IMG/VR virus record: IMGVR_UViG_3300025930_000004
Coordinates: 1 to 53,472 of that record
From: a virus
Lineage: Duplodnaviria > Caudoviricetes
Length of the DNA stretch: 53,472 bases
Reading direction: 5' to 3' (one strand)
A program made the translations under genes and the position numbers. Within the stretch, counting starts at the first letter, position 1; each line of letters opens with the position of its first letter. The notes under the pieces were generated by a model. The model was not told where the DNA came from. It worked only from the letters and a program-made list of their open reading frames with translations, and searched no databases. Of this stretch, positions 15,722-25,043 are shown one piece after another.

Positions 15722-18452
15722 ACGCTGTGCGTTCCTTATCGACAACCTTGACTTGCCAACGGCCACAGGCTACCCGGCGGCGGTGTGGGAGGGGTTTCAG
15801 ATAAGGCACCTTGAAGATGACAGCACATTCCGAGCCGAGGTCAAGAGCCGCCAGATTGCCTGGTCGTGGCTCAGTGCAGCGGAAGCGGTAGCGGTGGGTC
15901 TGCTGAACAGAGAAAGCAGCGTCTTTATCAGCATCAATTTAGACGAGGCGAAAGAGAAGATACGCTACGTCCACAATGTCATTGACGGTCTACCCCGCTC
16001 TATGCGGCCTAGACTGGTGACAAATAACAGAACCGAACTGGAATTCGACAACGGCGCCCGCCTGATGAGCTTACCGGCCATTCCGCCCAGAGGCAAGGCG
16101 CAGATGAACGTATACCTTGATGAGTTTGCGCACGTCAGAGAGGATAACGTGATATACACCGCAGCCCTACCGATGATTACAAAAGGCAACCGGCGGCTGA
16201 GGATGGCCAGCTCACCGATGGGGGCAAGCGGGCGATTCTGGGAGGTATTTAAGGAATCACTCAGGAAGTATCCCGGCTACACCCGCAAGTCGACGCCGTG
16301 GTGGGAGGTACAGGCGTTTTGTCTGGACGTGCGAGAAGCCAGGAAACAGGGCGGCGTGCTGACTACCGAACAGATGGTCGAACAATACGGCAATGAGCGG
16401 GTGAAAGCCATCTACGCCAATATGCCGATAGAAGATTTTATGCAGGAGTATTGTTGTCACCTGGCGAGTACAGAGGTGATGCTGGCGAATGGACTCACAA
16501 AACGGTTCATTGATTTAGATATTGGCGACCAGTTAGTGTATAATAATGGTTGTCAAGTCTCACCATGCACCGTTGAGGAGTTCAGGAGAATTGGAATGCG
16601 CAGCATCATCGAGATCACAATGGAGACAGGGGCAACCTTCGCAGCGAGTACAGGGCACAAGATGAAAGGTAGGCAGGGTAAAGAGCCTATCGACACAATA
16701 GAGGAGGTTAGCTATGTTTTTGCGCCTCACCGTGTTGATGGGGAGCAAGAGGCGCTTGCTCGTCTTGTGGGGATGAATTTGGGCGACGGAACGATAGCGC
16801 AACGCGCCGGACGATACAAGAAAAAGAGTGGCGAGGTGAGCCTGTATCCTTACTTCCAGGCGTCCTTTTACTCTCAGAAGCAAGAGGACTTAGAAGACGT
16901 TGCAAGTGATTTTGTCATGGCGGGATTGGCAGAAACAAAACCCAACGTGCTTTTCAAAAAGGGTAGCAGACTGGAATACGACGCCTTTCAATTGCATGTT
17001 TCCCAGAAGGCGGCGCAGCGACTGGTTGATGCTGGCTGCGTGGTGGGGAAGAAGATAGCGACGGATTTTGCTATTCCTGATTGGATTCTAAACGGAGGGC
17101 CGACTGTCAAGCGTGAGTTTTTGGCTGCATTGTTTGGCGCTGAAGGCTCTACGCCGCGAGACAAGAATCAAAAACAAAAAAACAAGTTGCCACAAACACT
17201 TTATCTGAGGATGTTCAAAACCGAGCCGATGCCCCGTTTCTTCGAGCAGGTGCAGGGGATGTTGCAGGAGTTCGGCGTACAGTCGACCTTGACCAGCCGA
17301 CAATTAGATGGGCGTGTGAGCTATTCGATCATGGTTCACTCGACAGCAGAAAACGCTTTGGTGTTTTGGAGAAACGTGGGCTATCGCTATGCGCGGCGCA
17401 AGGAGGAAATGGCGTTTCTGTGGTCTCACTATCTGCAAGCCTATCAGCACGAAAGAGTCATGCGCAAGCAAGAGGCGACCGCATTGCGGGCTGGTGGATT
17501 GACCTACAAAGCGATGGCCGATCATCTGGGCATTAGCGCGCAAGGGGCATATAACCTGACGAACAAGCCGATCATGCGCTCATCGTGGGACTTTCCACAG
17601 TTCGGTGAGTGGGTCGGCACTCGCTATCAAGATGGCACGCTCTACATTCGAGTAACAGACCGGCGCGTGATTGGCGAAGATGAGGTTTTTAATATCAGGG
17701 TCGACTCGCCTGATCACTCCTATTTGTTGGCAGATGGGCTCGACAATTACAACTGCTTATTCGTTGATGAAACCACCGCTTGGATTACCTGGGAGGAAAT
17801 CAAGGAAGCGCAGGCGCTGGTGCCCGACCTGGCCTGCTACCTGGCCAAAGCCACCGGCACGTTGACGCCGGAGATACACGAAGCCATTGAACACTTGCGG
17901 CGGGGGATAGCCGTCAGTCGCACAGAGCAAGCCTATACCGTAGGGGTGGACATTGGGCGCACCCGCAACACCACAGAGATATACGCCATTGGCTTGACCA
18001 CCACAGACACCTACCCGCTGAGGCTGGCGCTATCGCTGGATAACGTGACCTTTGACGACCAGCTATCGGTAATTGTGGAAGTGTTGGACCGGCTGCCAGT
18101 GGTGAGCATGATGATTGACGAAACCGGCATCGGGCGCAACCTGGCAGAGAACGCAGAGAAGTATCACCCGGCCAAAGTACAGGGCGTGACGTTCACCGGG
18201 CCGCTAAAGGCACTGTGGGCGACCAATGCGAAGATGCTGATACAGGGACACAAAACGCCGTTGCCAGTGGATAAAGACATGGCCTATCAGTTCCACAGCA
18301 TCAAAAAGCTGGTGACCGCCAGCCGTAACTTGGCATTTGATACAGCGACGAATGAGAAGCACCACGCCGACAAGTTTTGGGCCTGGGCGTTGGCACTAGC
18401 CGGGGCTCATGATGGACAGGGCGGCGGCGGCTTTGTGTTGAGGTATGCGTGA
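15699..18452 (+). CDS. terL: Terminase large subunit containing an intein
   Basis: KSRQIAWS Walker A, YLDEFAH Walker B, SSPMG, GVDIGR, IDETGIG and HHADKFWA nuclease motifs. Confidence 0.95.
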   Translation: MSWTPRTKRCAFLIDNLDLPTATGYPAAVWEGFQIRHLEDDSTFRAEVKSRQIAWSWLSAAEAVAVGLLNRESSVFISINLDEAKEKIRYVHNVIDGLPRSMRPRLVTNNRTELEFDNGARLMSLPAIPPRGKAQMNVYLDEFAHVREDNVIYTAALPMITKGNRRLRMASSPMGASGRFWEVFKESLRKYPGYTRKSTPWWEVQAFCLDVREARKQGGVLTTEQMVEQYGNERVKAIYANMPIEDFMQEYCCHLASTEVMLANGLTKRFIDLDIGDQLVYNNGCQVSPCTVEEFRRIGMRSIIEITMETGATFAASTGHKMKGRQGKEPIDTIEEVSYVFAPHRVDGEQEALARLVGMNLGDGTIAQRAGRYKKKSGEVSLYPYFQASFYSQKQEDLEDVASDFVMAGLAETKPNVLFKKGSRLEYDAFQLHVSQKAAQRLVDAGCVVGKKIATDFAIPDWILNGGPTVKREFLAALFGAEGSTPRDKNQKQKNKLPQTLYLRMFKTEPMPRFFEQVQGMLQEFGVQSTLTSRQLDGRVSYSIMVHSTAENALVFWRNVGYRYARRKEEMAFLWSHYLQAYQHERVMRKQEATALRAGGLTYKAMADHLGISAQGAYNLTNKPIMRSSWDFPQFGEWVGTRYQDGTLYIRVTDRRVIGEDEVFNIRVDSPDHSYLLADGLDNYNCLFVDETTAWITWEEIKEAQALVPDLACYLAKATGTLTPEIHEAIEHLRRGIAVSRTEQAYTVGVDIGRTRNTTEIYAIGLTTTDTYPLRLALSLDNVTFDDQLSVIVEVLDRLPVVSMMIDETGIGRNLAENAEKYHPAKVQGVTFTGPLKALWATNAKMLIQGHKTPLPVDKDMAYQFHSIKKLVTASRNLAFDTATNEKHHADKFWAWALALAGAHDGQGGGGFVLRYA
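16455..17753 (+). mobile_element. Intein (433 aa) with LAGLIDADG homing endonuclease
   Basis: QEYC|CHLASTEVMLANG ... ASTGHK ... VFNIRV..HSYLLADGLDNYN|CLF; LVGMNLGDG and FLAALFGAEGS. Confidence 0.9.
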
Positions 18453-18586
18453 TGGGCTGTTGGAATGCTGGCGATATAGCAGTTTTGCTCATGGCCGCAG
18501 TGGTCTGTTCCTTCCCGATTATTGTTTTTGGCGGGATCATGCTTGTTGAAATTATCGAGGCGTTGAAATCATGTCGTGGCCGCTGA
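18452..18586 (+). CDS. Small membrane peptide
   Basis: TGATG coupling; 44 aa hydrophobic. Confidence 0.5.
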   Translation: MGCWNAGDIAVLLMAAVVCSFPIIVFGGIMLVEIIEALKSCRGR

Positions 18587-18759
18587 TTATCGGGCTCACT
18601 CTGGGCCTCGTCTGGATAGCCTTGCAGCGTAGAGCGCCAGAGCCTACTCGCTGGATGGTGAGCGTGGAGCCGGCGAGTAGGCCCGCAGGGTGGGGCTGGG
18701 TGGGGCTGTTTCTGCTTGTTGACTTGATTGTATTGGCGTGGGTATGGATGGGAGCGTAA
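18571..18759 (+). CDS. Small two-TM protein
   Basis: 62 aa with two hydrophobic segments; TAATG coupling to next gene. Confidence 0.6.
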   Translation: MSWPLIIGLTLGLVWIALQRRAPEPTRWMVSVEPASRPAGWGWVGLFLLVDLIVLAWVWMGA

Positions 18760-19835
18760 TGAATCCATTGGCTCGTTTGTCTACAGCAACGACCGCTTTG
18801 GCGGAAGCAAAAAATCTGGACGACATTTTGCCGATCTTGAATCTGGCCGACGCCGCCCGCACGTATGCCAAAGCCGCCAAGCTAGGGCTAGAAGCGCAAA
18901 ACCACGCTGCCGAAATTCAGTTGAGAGCGGCACGCAAGGCGGGCCAAATCTTGCAGACGATGAAAAAGAACGGTGAATTAGATAAAGGCGGTCGGCCTTC
19001 AGAAAACCGATCACGTCTTGTTATCGGTTTGTCTGATCTCGGTGTCAAACCTATGCAGTCTCACCGTTGGCAAAAGGTGGCCGATGTGCCCGAAGAATTA
19101 TTCGAGACGCAGATCGCCACAGTGCCCGCACAGGGGAAGGAGTTGACTACCGCCGGTATGTTGAAAATTGCCAAAGCCAGTGAGCGAAACGGAAAGCCTG
19201 ACGCCATGGGGTCGGGCGACGGCTCTTTCGACTTGCTCCACAGCCCAATCGAGTCGCTTATCCTGCCCGCCGATTCCGTGGATGCCATTGTCACCGACCC
19301 ACCTTATCCGCAAGAGTATTTGCCGCTTTTCTCTGTGCTTTCCGATTTGGCAGCGCACGTGCTGAAGCCGGGCGGCTCTTTGTTTGTCATGGTTGGTCAA
19401 TCCTATCTACCAGAGGTGATTTGCCGACTCTCCGAGAAAATGTGCTATCACTGGACGCTTGCCTATATGACACCCGGGGGACAAGCGGTGCAACTATGGC
19501 AACGCAAAGTAAACACCTTTTGGAAGCCGATCCTTTGGTTCACCAAAGGCGACTATACCGGCTCGTGGCTGGGCGATGTAGCTAACAGCAAAGTCAACGA
19601 CAACGACAAGCGATTCCACGGCTGGGGTCAGTCGGAAAGCGGGATGATTGATTTGCTGCAACGATGCAGCGAGCCGCTTCAGACAATTCTCGATCCGTTC
19701 TGTGGTGGTGGTGCGACTGGTGTAGCGGCGCTTGCAACCGGACGTCATTTTATCGGGGCCGACAAAGAGGCTGAGTGTATCGAGACTTGTCGCTCTCGCC
19801 TGGTGGGAATGAGCCATGCAGACGTACAGCATTGA
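18759..19835 (+). CDS. DNA methyltransferase with helical N-terminal domain
   Basis: VTDPPY; HGWGQS; LDPFCGGGATG. Confidence 0.9.
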   Translation: MNPLARLSTATTALAEAKNLDDILPILNLADAARTYAKAAKLGLEAQNHAAEIQLRAARKAGQILQTMKKNGELDKGGRPSENRSRLVIGLSDLGVKPMQSHRWQKVADVPEELFETQIATVPAQGKELTTAGMLKIAKASERNGKPDAMGSGDGSFDLLHSPIESLILPADSVDAIVTDPPYPQEYLPLFSVLSDLAAHVLKPGGSLFVMVGQSYLPEVICRLSEKMCYHWTLAYMTPGGQAVQLWQRKVNTFWKPILWFTKGDYTGSWLGDVANSKVNDNDKRFHGWGQSESGMIDLLQRCSEPLQTILDPFCGGGATGVAALATGRHFIGADKEAECIETCRSRLVGMSHADVQH

Positions 19836-20289
19836 CGGTGTTCGCCAGGAGCGCACCGGCTGGCGTGATCAGGAATTGAGCCAACGTCACCGGCTATGGG
19901 GCTTCAACTGCCCAGCGGTTGACCTAGACTTCCTGATGGTCGAGTACAACATGGGTTTACCCGTTGGATTGATTGAGTATAAGCATCATTGCGCGCAAGC
20001 GCCCAATCTGCGCCATGCCACCTATCGGGCACTGTGCGACCTGGCGGATGGCTATAGGGATGAAGGTTTGCCCTTCCTGATTGCATTCTATTGGCCCGAT
20101 CTGTGGGCATTTCGGATTACGCCGGTTAATCCATTGGCGCAAAAGCATTTTAGAACCAATGAGGAATTGAGCGAATACGATTTTGTATCCAGGCTTTACC
20201 GGCTGCGCCGATTCGTATTGACGGCGGCATTAGGGCAATCGCTCAACCGATGGCCTGTGCCCGAAACAGATAGGCCAGTTTTGGCCTAA
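19816..20289 (+). CDS. Putative PD-(D/E)XK nuclease-fold protein
   Basis: PAVDLDFLMVEY...GLIEYK. Confidence 0.55.
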   Translation: MQTYSIDGVRQERTGWRDQELSQRHRLWGFNCPAVDLDFLMVEYNMGLPVGLIEYKHHCAQAPNLRHATYRALCDLADGYRDEGLPFLIAFYWPDLWAFRITPVNPLAQKHFRTNEELSEYDFVSRLYRLRRFVLTAALGQSLNRWPVPETDRPVLA

Positions 20290-20442
20290 GCGATGGGGAT
20301 ATATATGTATTTAGTAGTTGGGTGGGTGAGAAGGCCGGGGTGCCCACTTTCAGCCTTACGGCGCTTATGAGCCTGTTGGCTATTCGTGCCTGTACAAGCG
20401 CACGATATAGCCTGCCCGGTCTGTCTCAGGAGATAGGATACC

Positions 20443-20652
20443 GTGATTCCAAGAACGCCACAACTTATTTCGATTACCGAGCTACGCAAGGACATCGACG
20501 CCGCCCTAGAAATGGTCGAGAGAGCGCCGGTTTACATCGTGAAGCATAGCAAAATCATAGCTATCATGGTCGCCTATCGCACATGGGAACAGGTAACGGA
20601 AGATATAGCAGCCGCAGAGAAAGAACTGGCTGAAGCGAAGGAAAGCACATGA
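20443..20652 (+). CDS. Phd/YefM-family antitoxin-like protein
   Basis: ISITELRKDIDAALEMVERAPVYIVKHSKIIAIMVAYRTWE. Confidence 0.8.
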   Translation: MIPRTPQLISITELRKDIDAALEMVERAPVYIVKHSKIIAIMVAYRTWEQVTEDIAAAEKELAEAKEST

Positions 20653-20879
20653 TTGACTTTACGCCGCTGCATGATGTATGCGACGAAGAAGATTACGAAT
20701 GGATGGGGCTACATGCGCCCGGCCATCTGAAGGTAATAGAGCGATTGGTGAGGGAAGGCGCTACAGCCGACCAGATCAAGCACCAGATGGGGCGGCGTGT
20801 TGGGCCGGAGCGTGAGCCGTTCGTCAAACGTTGCGAGGGTGCTGCGAGGTATTTGCGGGCAAATAAGGCGGAAGCATGA
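20649..20879 (+). CDS. Hypothetical protein
   Basis: ATGA overlap; AAGGA RBS. Confidence 0.65.
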   Translation: MIDFTPLHDVCDEEDYEWMGLHAPGHLKVIERLVREGATADQIKHQMGRRVGPEREPFVKRCEGAARYLRANKAEA

Positions 20880-21124
20880 AAGCATCAAAGCGCAGATTGG
20901 TGATGTTGGACCGCAAGGGCAAGTTGAAGGCACGCACGGACTTACCACGCAAGGCACCCGGCGCACGGCGCGCACGGCGGCAAATGCTGGCTGATGAGAA
21001 GAATACAATCCTTGTCACAACCGGGGGTGAAATCATAGGCAAAGACGAGATTGTATCTTGCGATTCGGAAAAGGTGACATTCCTACACCATGCGCCGGTC
21101 ATATTTGGCACACAGGAACAATAA
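20876..21124 (+). CDS. Hypothetical basic protein
   Basis: Coupled on both sides (ATGA, TAATG). Confidence 0.6.
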   Translation: MKASKRRLVMLDRKGKLKARTDLPRKAPGARRARRQMLADEKNTILVTTGGEIIGKDEIVSCDSEKVTFLHHAPVIFGTQEQ

Positions 21125-22566
21125 TGGCAATCAACCTGGCTGAGATGGCTTTTCTCTCCTGGCAAGCGGCTGAGGAGATGACCGTACAAAAGGACATCGT
21201 AACCGCCCGCAATTACTACGATGGCGAGCAGAACGCCATGCTCACCGCCCGCCTGCGGGAATTCCTCAACGTGCAAGGCGACCAGGAATTCAATCTCAAC
21301 GTCTGCCGCACAGTCGTGGAGGTCGTTGAGGAACGCCTACTGATGACCGGCGTTGACAGCAACGAGCAGGGCGAGGCCAAGCCCGTCGCAGCCTGGGCCG
21401 ATGACCTATTCGACCAGCAGAAGCTGGCCATCAACCAGAGCGCCGTACATGAGGGGGCGCTGCGTGATGGCCAATCCTTTGTGCTGGTGGATTGGGATGC
21501 AGACAACCAGCGCCCTAGATTCACTCCACACCCACGCTACGCCTGCGCAGAGGCGGGCGGCGATGAATTCGGCTGTAAGGCCCACTACCCCGACGATGAC
21601 CCATCCCAGCCTCTTCTGTGCGTCTCCAAGCGGTGGGTTGAGAAGCTAGACACAAAGGGCAAAACCCGTAAGCGTATGACCATTTACTACCCTGACCGGG
21701 TAGAGAAATACGAATCGGTTGGGTCTGATTGGGTGCAGTTTCGAGACGAGGGCGACACGTCCTGGCCTATCCCGTGGGTAGACAAGGCCGGTAAGCCGTT
21801 GGGAATCACGGCAATTCATTTTCCCAATACGCTCACCCTGCGCAGTGAGATTCGAGATGCCATCCCGGTGCAGAACGCCATCAACAAATCAGTGATTGAC
21901 TTGCTGGGCGCTGCTGATGTAGCAGGCTTTCGGATTTTCTTTGCAAGGGGCTGGATACCCACTACTGACGGGCTGGCGCTAAAAGACGACAAAAGCAACC
22001 AAGCCAAAATACAGCCGGGCAGTATTCTGGGCACCGCCAAAACAGACGCATCGTTTGATGCCATTGACGGGAGCGACCTGAGCCAATCAATCAATGTGGT
22101 TGAGGCATTTCTTGGTCAGCTCTGCGTAGTGACCAGCACGCCCGCCAGCCGAGTAACATTTAACAAACAGGTAGCGGCAGAGGGCACGCAAAAAGAACAG
22201 AAAGAGGGCTTGTTCGCCAAGACTCGCAAGCGCCAAATGCTCTATAATAACTCGTGGATAGAATGCTTCAACATGGCACGCCGTCTCGCCAATACGTTTG
22301 GCAATGCTGGCCTTGATGAGAAGCCCGCATTTGTCATGCGCTGGGAGCCCATACAGGCCAGGGACACAGCCACAGAGCAGAACGGATGGAAGGTCAAGAA
22401 AGAAATCGGCGTGCCCCTAGAGACTTTGCTTGGCGAAATGGGGTATTCGCCGGAGGAAATTGACGCCATCAAAGCCACCGACGAGTGGAAAGCCCGCATG
22501 GGCATGATGCAGACCGGGCTGGCGGTGAATCAGGCGGCGGTGACGAATGACGGAGCCGATGGCTAA
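21124..22566 (+). CDS. Portal protein (SPP1 gp6-like)
   Basis: NYYDGEQ, NVCRTVVE, ALRDGQSFVLV, QNAINK; 480 aa; position after terL. Confidence 0.9.
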   Translation: MAINLAEMAFLSWQAAEEMTVQKDIVTARNYYDGEQNAMLTARLREFLNVQGDQEFNLNVCRTVVEVVEERLLMTGVDSNEQGEAKPVAAWADDLFDQQKLAINQSAVHEGALRDGQSFVLVDWDADNQRPRFTPHPRYACAEAGGDEFGCKAHYPDDDPSQPLLCVSKRWVEKLDTKGKTRKRMTIYYPDRVEKYESVGSDWVQFRDEGDTSWPIPWVDKAGKPLGITAIHFPNTLTLRSEIRDAIPVQNAINKSVIDLLGAADVAGFRIFFARGWIPTTDGLALKDDKSNQAKIQPGSILGTAKTDASFDAIDGSDLSQSINVVEAFLGQLCVVTSTPASRVTFNKQVAAEGTQKEQKEGLFAKTRKRQMLYNNSWIECFNMARRLANTFGNAGLDEKPAFVMRWEPIQARDTATEQNGWKVKKEIGVPLETLLGEMGYSPEEIDAIKATDEWKARMGMMQTGLAVNQAAVTNDGADG

Positions 22567-22813
22567 CGACCACGACCGGGCCGTGAGAACAACGGTTTGG
22601 TATCAAGTATTGGCCTTTGATGAGGCTACGGGTACATTCAAAAGCCCGAAGGTTCCCTGTCGTATCCCCGGTAAAGAGGGTGAAATGGTTGAGTTAAAGC
22701 CGGGGCCATACGACACACCAGAGAGAGCGATCAACGATATGGAATGGTACGCTCAAGCCGCAAATTGCAAAATCACATTTGTTGTAATGCCGGTTTACAC
22801 TGCACATGGCTGA
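22559..22813 (+). CDS. Inserted hypothetical gene (moron-like)
   Basis: Starts MANDHDRAVR, resembling the start of the next gene. Confidence 0.6.
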   Translation: MANDHDRAVRTTVWYQVLAFDEATGTFKSPKVPCRIPGKEGEMVELKPGPYDTPERAINDMEWYAQAANCKITFVVMPVYTAHG

Positions 22814-23603
22814 TGAGCATGGGCGGGCGGTGCGATTAGCCCTGCGCACCAGCGCCGAACTGAAGCGCCTATTCGACAAGCTGGGCAACGCCGACCATCC
22901 CAATGGGCGCATACTGTCCGCCTATCGCCAGGCCCGCCGTGCGCTCAAGGGCAATATCGCCAATCAGATGGTCGTGCTGGACGTGTTGCGGGAGTTGCGC
23001 CGCTCTGTTGAGGAGACGACCAGAACGCAACTGGTTGAGGCCAGAGATATGGGCATCAAACAGGCGACCATCGAACTGGCCGTCTATGGCCTACCCAATA
23101 GCGCCGCCGTTGCGCTGCCTATCGCTGAACTTGGCGCTGTGCTGGCCGTCTACGATGCGCAGGCTGCCAACGTGCGAGGGCTGGCGCTACAGGGTGACGA
23201 GGCCATGATTTTGGGTGACGAAACCAGAGTTGGGGCGCTGGGGCCGGGCGTGGTTACCAGAGAGACGACCAAATGGCTGGCCGTGGCTGCCGTCAGCGCC
23301 TGGTCAAGAGTGACGACCGACAACGTAAGCCGGGTGAGCGGACAAGAGGACTTTCTGAGGCAGGCTGTAGCGGCGGTGGACAAGCGGACAACGGATTGCT
23401 GCCTGCGAGTCAATGGCCAGGTGGTGGCGCTGGATGAACCGTTCCACCTGACTGGTACACCACGCTACGCAGATGACCAGTTCTCACCACCTTTTCACCC
23501 TGCATGCCGAACAGCGCAGGCGCTGGTCAGGCGGGCTGATATGGGCGACGATGTAACGCAGCGGCTGAGGGCGACGGCTAAGGCTGAGTTGGGGAGGCGG
23601 TAG
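22806..23603 (+). CDS. Minor head protein (MuF / SPP1 gp7-like)
   Basis: DKRTTDCCLRVNGQ..F..PPFHPACRT. Confidence 0.85.
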   Translation: MADEHGRAVRLALRTSAELKRLFDKLGNADHPNGRILSAYRQARRALKGNIANQMVVLDVLRELRRSVEETTRTQLVEARDMGIKQATIELAVYGLPNSAAVALPIAELGAVLAVYDAQAANVRGLALQGDEAMILGDETRVGALGPGVVTRETTKWLAVAAVSAWSRVTTDNVSRVSGQEDFLRQAVAAVDKRTTDCCLRVNGQVVALDEPFHLTGTPRYADDQFSPPFHPACRTAQALVRRADMGDDVTQRLRATAKAELGRR

Positions 23604-23828
23604 GTGGATACTCCAGACAAGCCGGGGTGGTGGTGGTTTAGGGGAACACTGAGACACAATGTCACCAGAAGGCGTGTAGACGTTGATCGGCCCTGTCATG
23701 TTGCTGCCAAAAAATACAAGCGGGATAAGCCCCCGTTTATCGTTGCCATTTTTGACGATGTGTACGAGGCAAGCGAATTCGACGGTAAGTGGTGGCATAT
23801 TGAGCCGCCAGCGGAACCAGCACCATGA
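23604..23828 (+). CDS. Hypothetical protein
   Basis: PDKPGWWWFR..W..IEPP; GGAGG RBS. Confidence 0.6.
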   Translation: MDTPDKPGWWWFRGTLRHNVTRRRVDVDRPCHVAAKKYKRDKPPFIVAIFDDVYEASEFDGKWWHIEPPAEPAP

Positions 23829-24025
23829 ACAATCCTACCCTATTGACGACACAGAACACATATGCTACGATAGAGCAGCCGGACACCGTACAGATGAGCC
23901 GGGCCGAGGTAAAGCGCATTCACGATCTGGCGCTGGCCGTGGCGCAGATGTGCAGGGGGATTCTAGGGTGGGAGCCGATACCAACCAGGGCAACAGAGCG
24001 CCGGACGCCGAGGACGGAACGGTAA
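23825..24025 (+). CDS. Hypothetical protein
   Basis: ATGA overlap; 66 aa. Confidence 0.5.
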   Translation: MNNPTLLTTQNTYATIEQPDTVQMSRAEVKRIHDLALAVAQMCRGILGWEPIPTRATERRTPRTER

Positions 24026-24260
24026 TAGACGTTAGGCTTTTGGCGAAAGCAATAATAGAGACCGCTACATTCACGACTATCGACAATCAGGACGGCACTT
24101 ATAAGCATTCATTTACATTTGCGACAGACCCGCCTATTGCGGGGAGCGTTACAACTCGTGAGCGTTCACTTACTCCGCAGATTTTGCAATCGATAGGGCA
24201 GAGACTTAGCGAACTGATAAAATAACCGAATAACCCGCCCAACCAAGTTACTATCTTTTG

Positions 24261-24307
24261 ACAGGCGACCTTCAGCCATAACCGGCTGATAGTCGCCTGT
24301 TTTTTTA
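24261..24307 (+). terminator. Intrinsic terminator upstream of head genes
   Basis: ACAGGCGAC..TCAGCC / GGCTGA..GTCGCCTGT followed by a T-run. Confidence 0.75.
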
Positions 24308-24329
24308 TTGGTTTTTTCCGAGGTGCGCA

Positions 24330-24398
24330 ATGGATGAATACGGACGCCCAGCCACACAGAAGGGCGACAAAAAGAATCCATTTCCATTTAACCGCTGA
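24330..24398 (+). CDS. 22-aa peptide resembling a major capsid protein segment
   Basis: GAGGTG RBS; MDEYGRPATQKGDKKNPFPFNR versus MCP VDEYGRAPTQKAKPGDTGGFPLK. Confidence 0.55.
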   Translation: MDEYGRPATQKGDKKNPFPFNR

Positions 24399-24426
24399 AC
24401 TTATCGAGTAAAGGAAGGAAGGCGAG

Positions 24427-25035
24427 ATGCCTATCAGGAATTTATGGCGTGATGCCATTTTGTTTGACAACGAAGGCGCCGGGGGATCTGGCGACGATAG
24501 CGGCAATGAGCAGGGCGGCAGCGAGACGCAGACGCCAGAACAGCTTAAAGCCGAGTTGGAACAGGTACGCAAGGCACTGAAATTAGCCAACAAAGAGGCG
24601 CAGGACAGACGCAAGCGGCTAGATGAAATCGACGCCGCCGAGAAAGAGCGTCAGACCAAAGACCTTTCCGAGCTAGACCAGCTTAGAAAGAAGTTCGAGG
24701 AATCCGAGCGCAAGGCGCAGGAACTGGCGCAGCGCCAGCGGGAAAGCGCAATTCGTCACGCCGTTGAGATGGCGGCAACGAATAGCCGTTTCCATGACCC
24801 GCTAGACGCCTACCGGCAGGCCGACTTGTCAGGGATAGAGGTTGATGACCAGGGCACTGTAAGCGGCGTAGATGCTGCGATCAAGGCACTTGTCAGCAAA
24901 AAGCCCTACCTGATTAAGCCAGAATCCGGCGGCGGCGACATCAACGCAAGCGCCCGTGGGCGGTCTACAGCGCCAAGTATTGACGAGGTGGTCGCCCAGA
25001 AGCGGGCCACCGACCCTATGTATATACCATTCTAG
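24427..25035 (+). CDS. Capsid scaffolding protein
   Basis: Acidic flexible N-terminus, coiled coil, KKPYL motif; position before head genes. Confidence 0.85.
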   Translation: MPIRNLWRDAILFDNEGAGGSGDDSGNEQGGSETQTPEQLKAELEQVRKALKLANKEAQDRRKRLDEIDAAEKERQTKDLSELDQLRKKFEESERKAQELAQRQRESAIRHAVEMAATNSRFHDPLDAYRQADLSGIEVDDQGTVSGVDAAIKALVSKKPYLIKPESGGGDINASARGRSTAPSIDEVVAQKRATDPMYIPF

Positions 25036-25043
25036 GAGTATCT

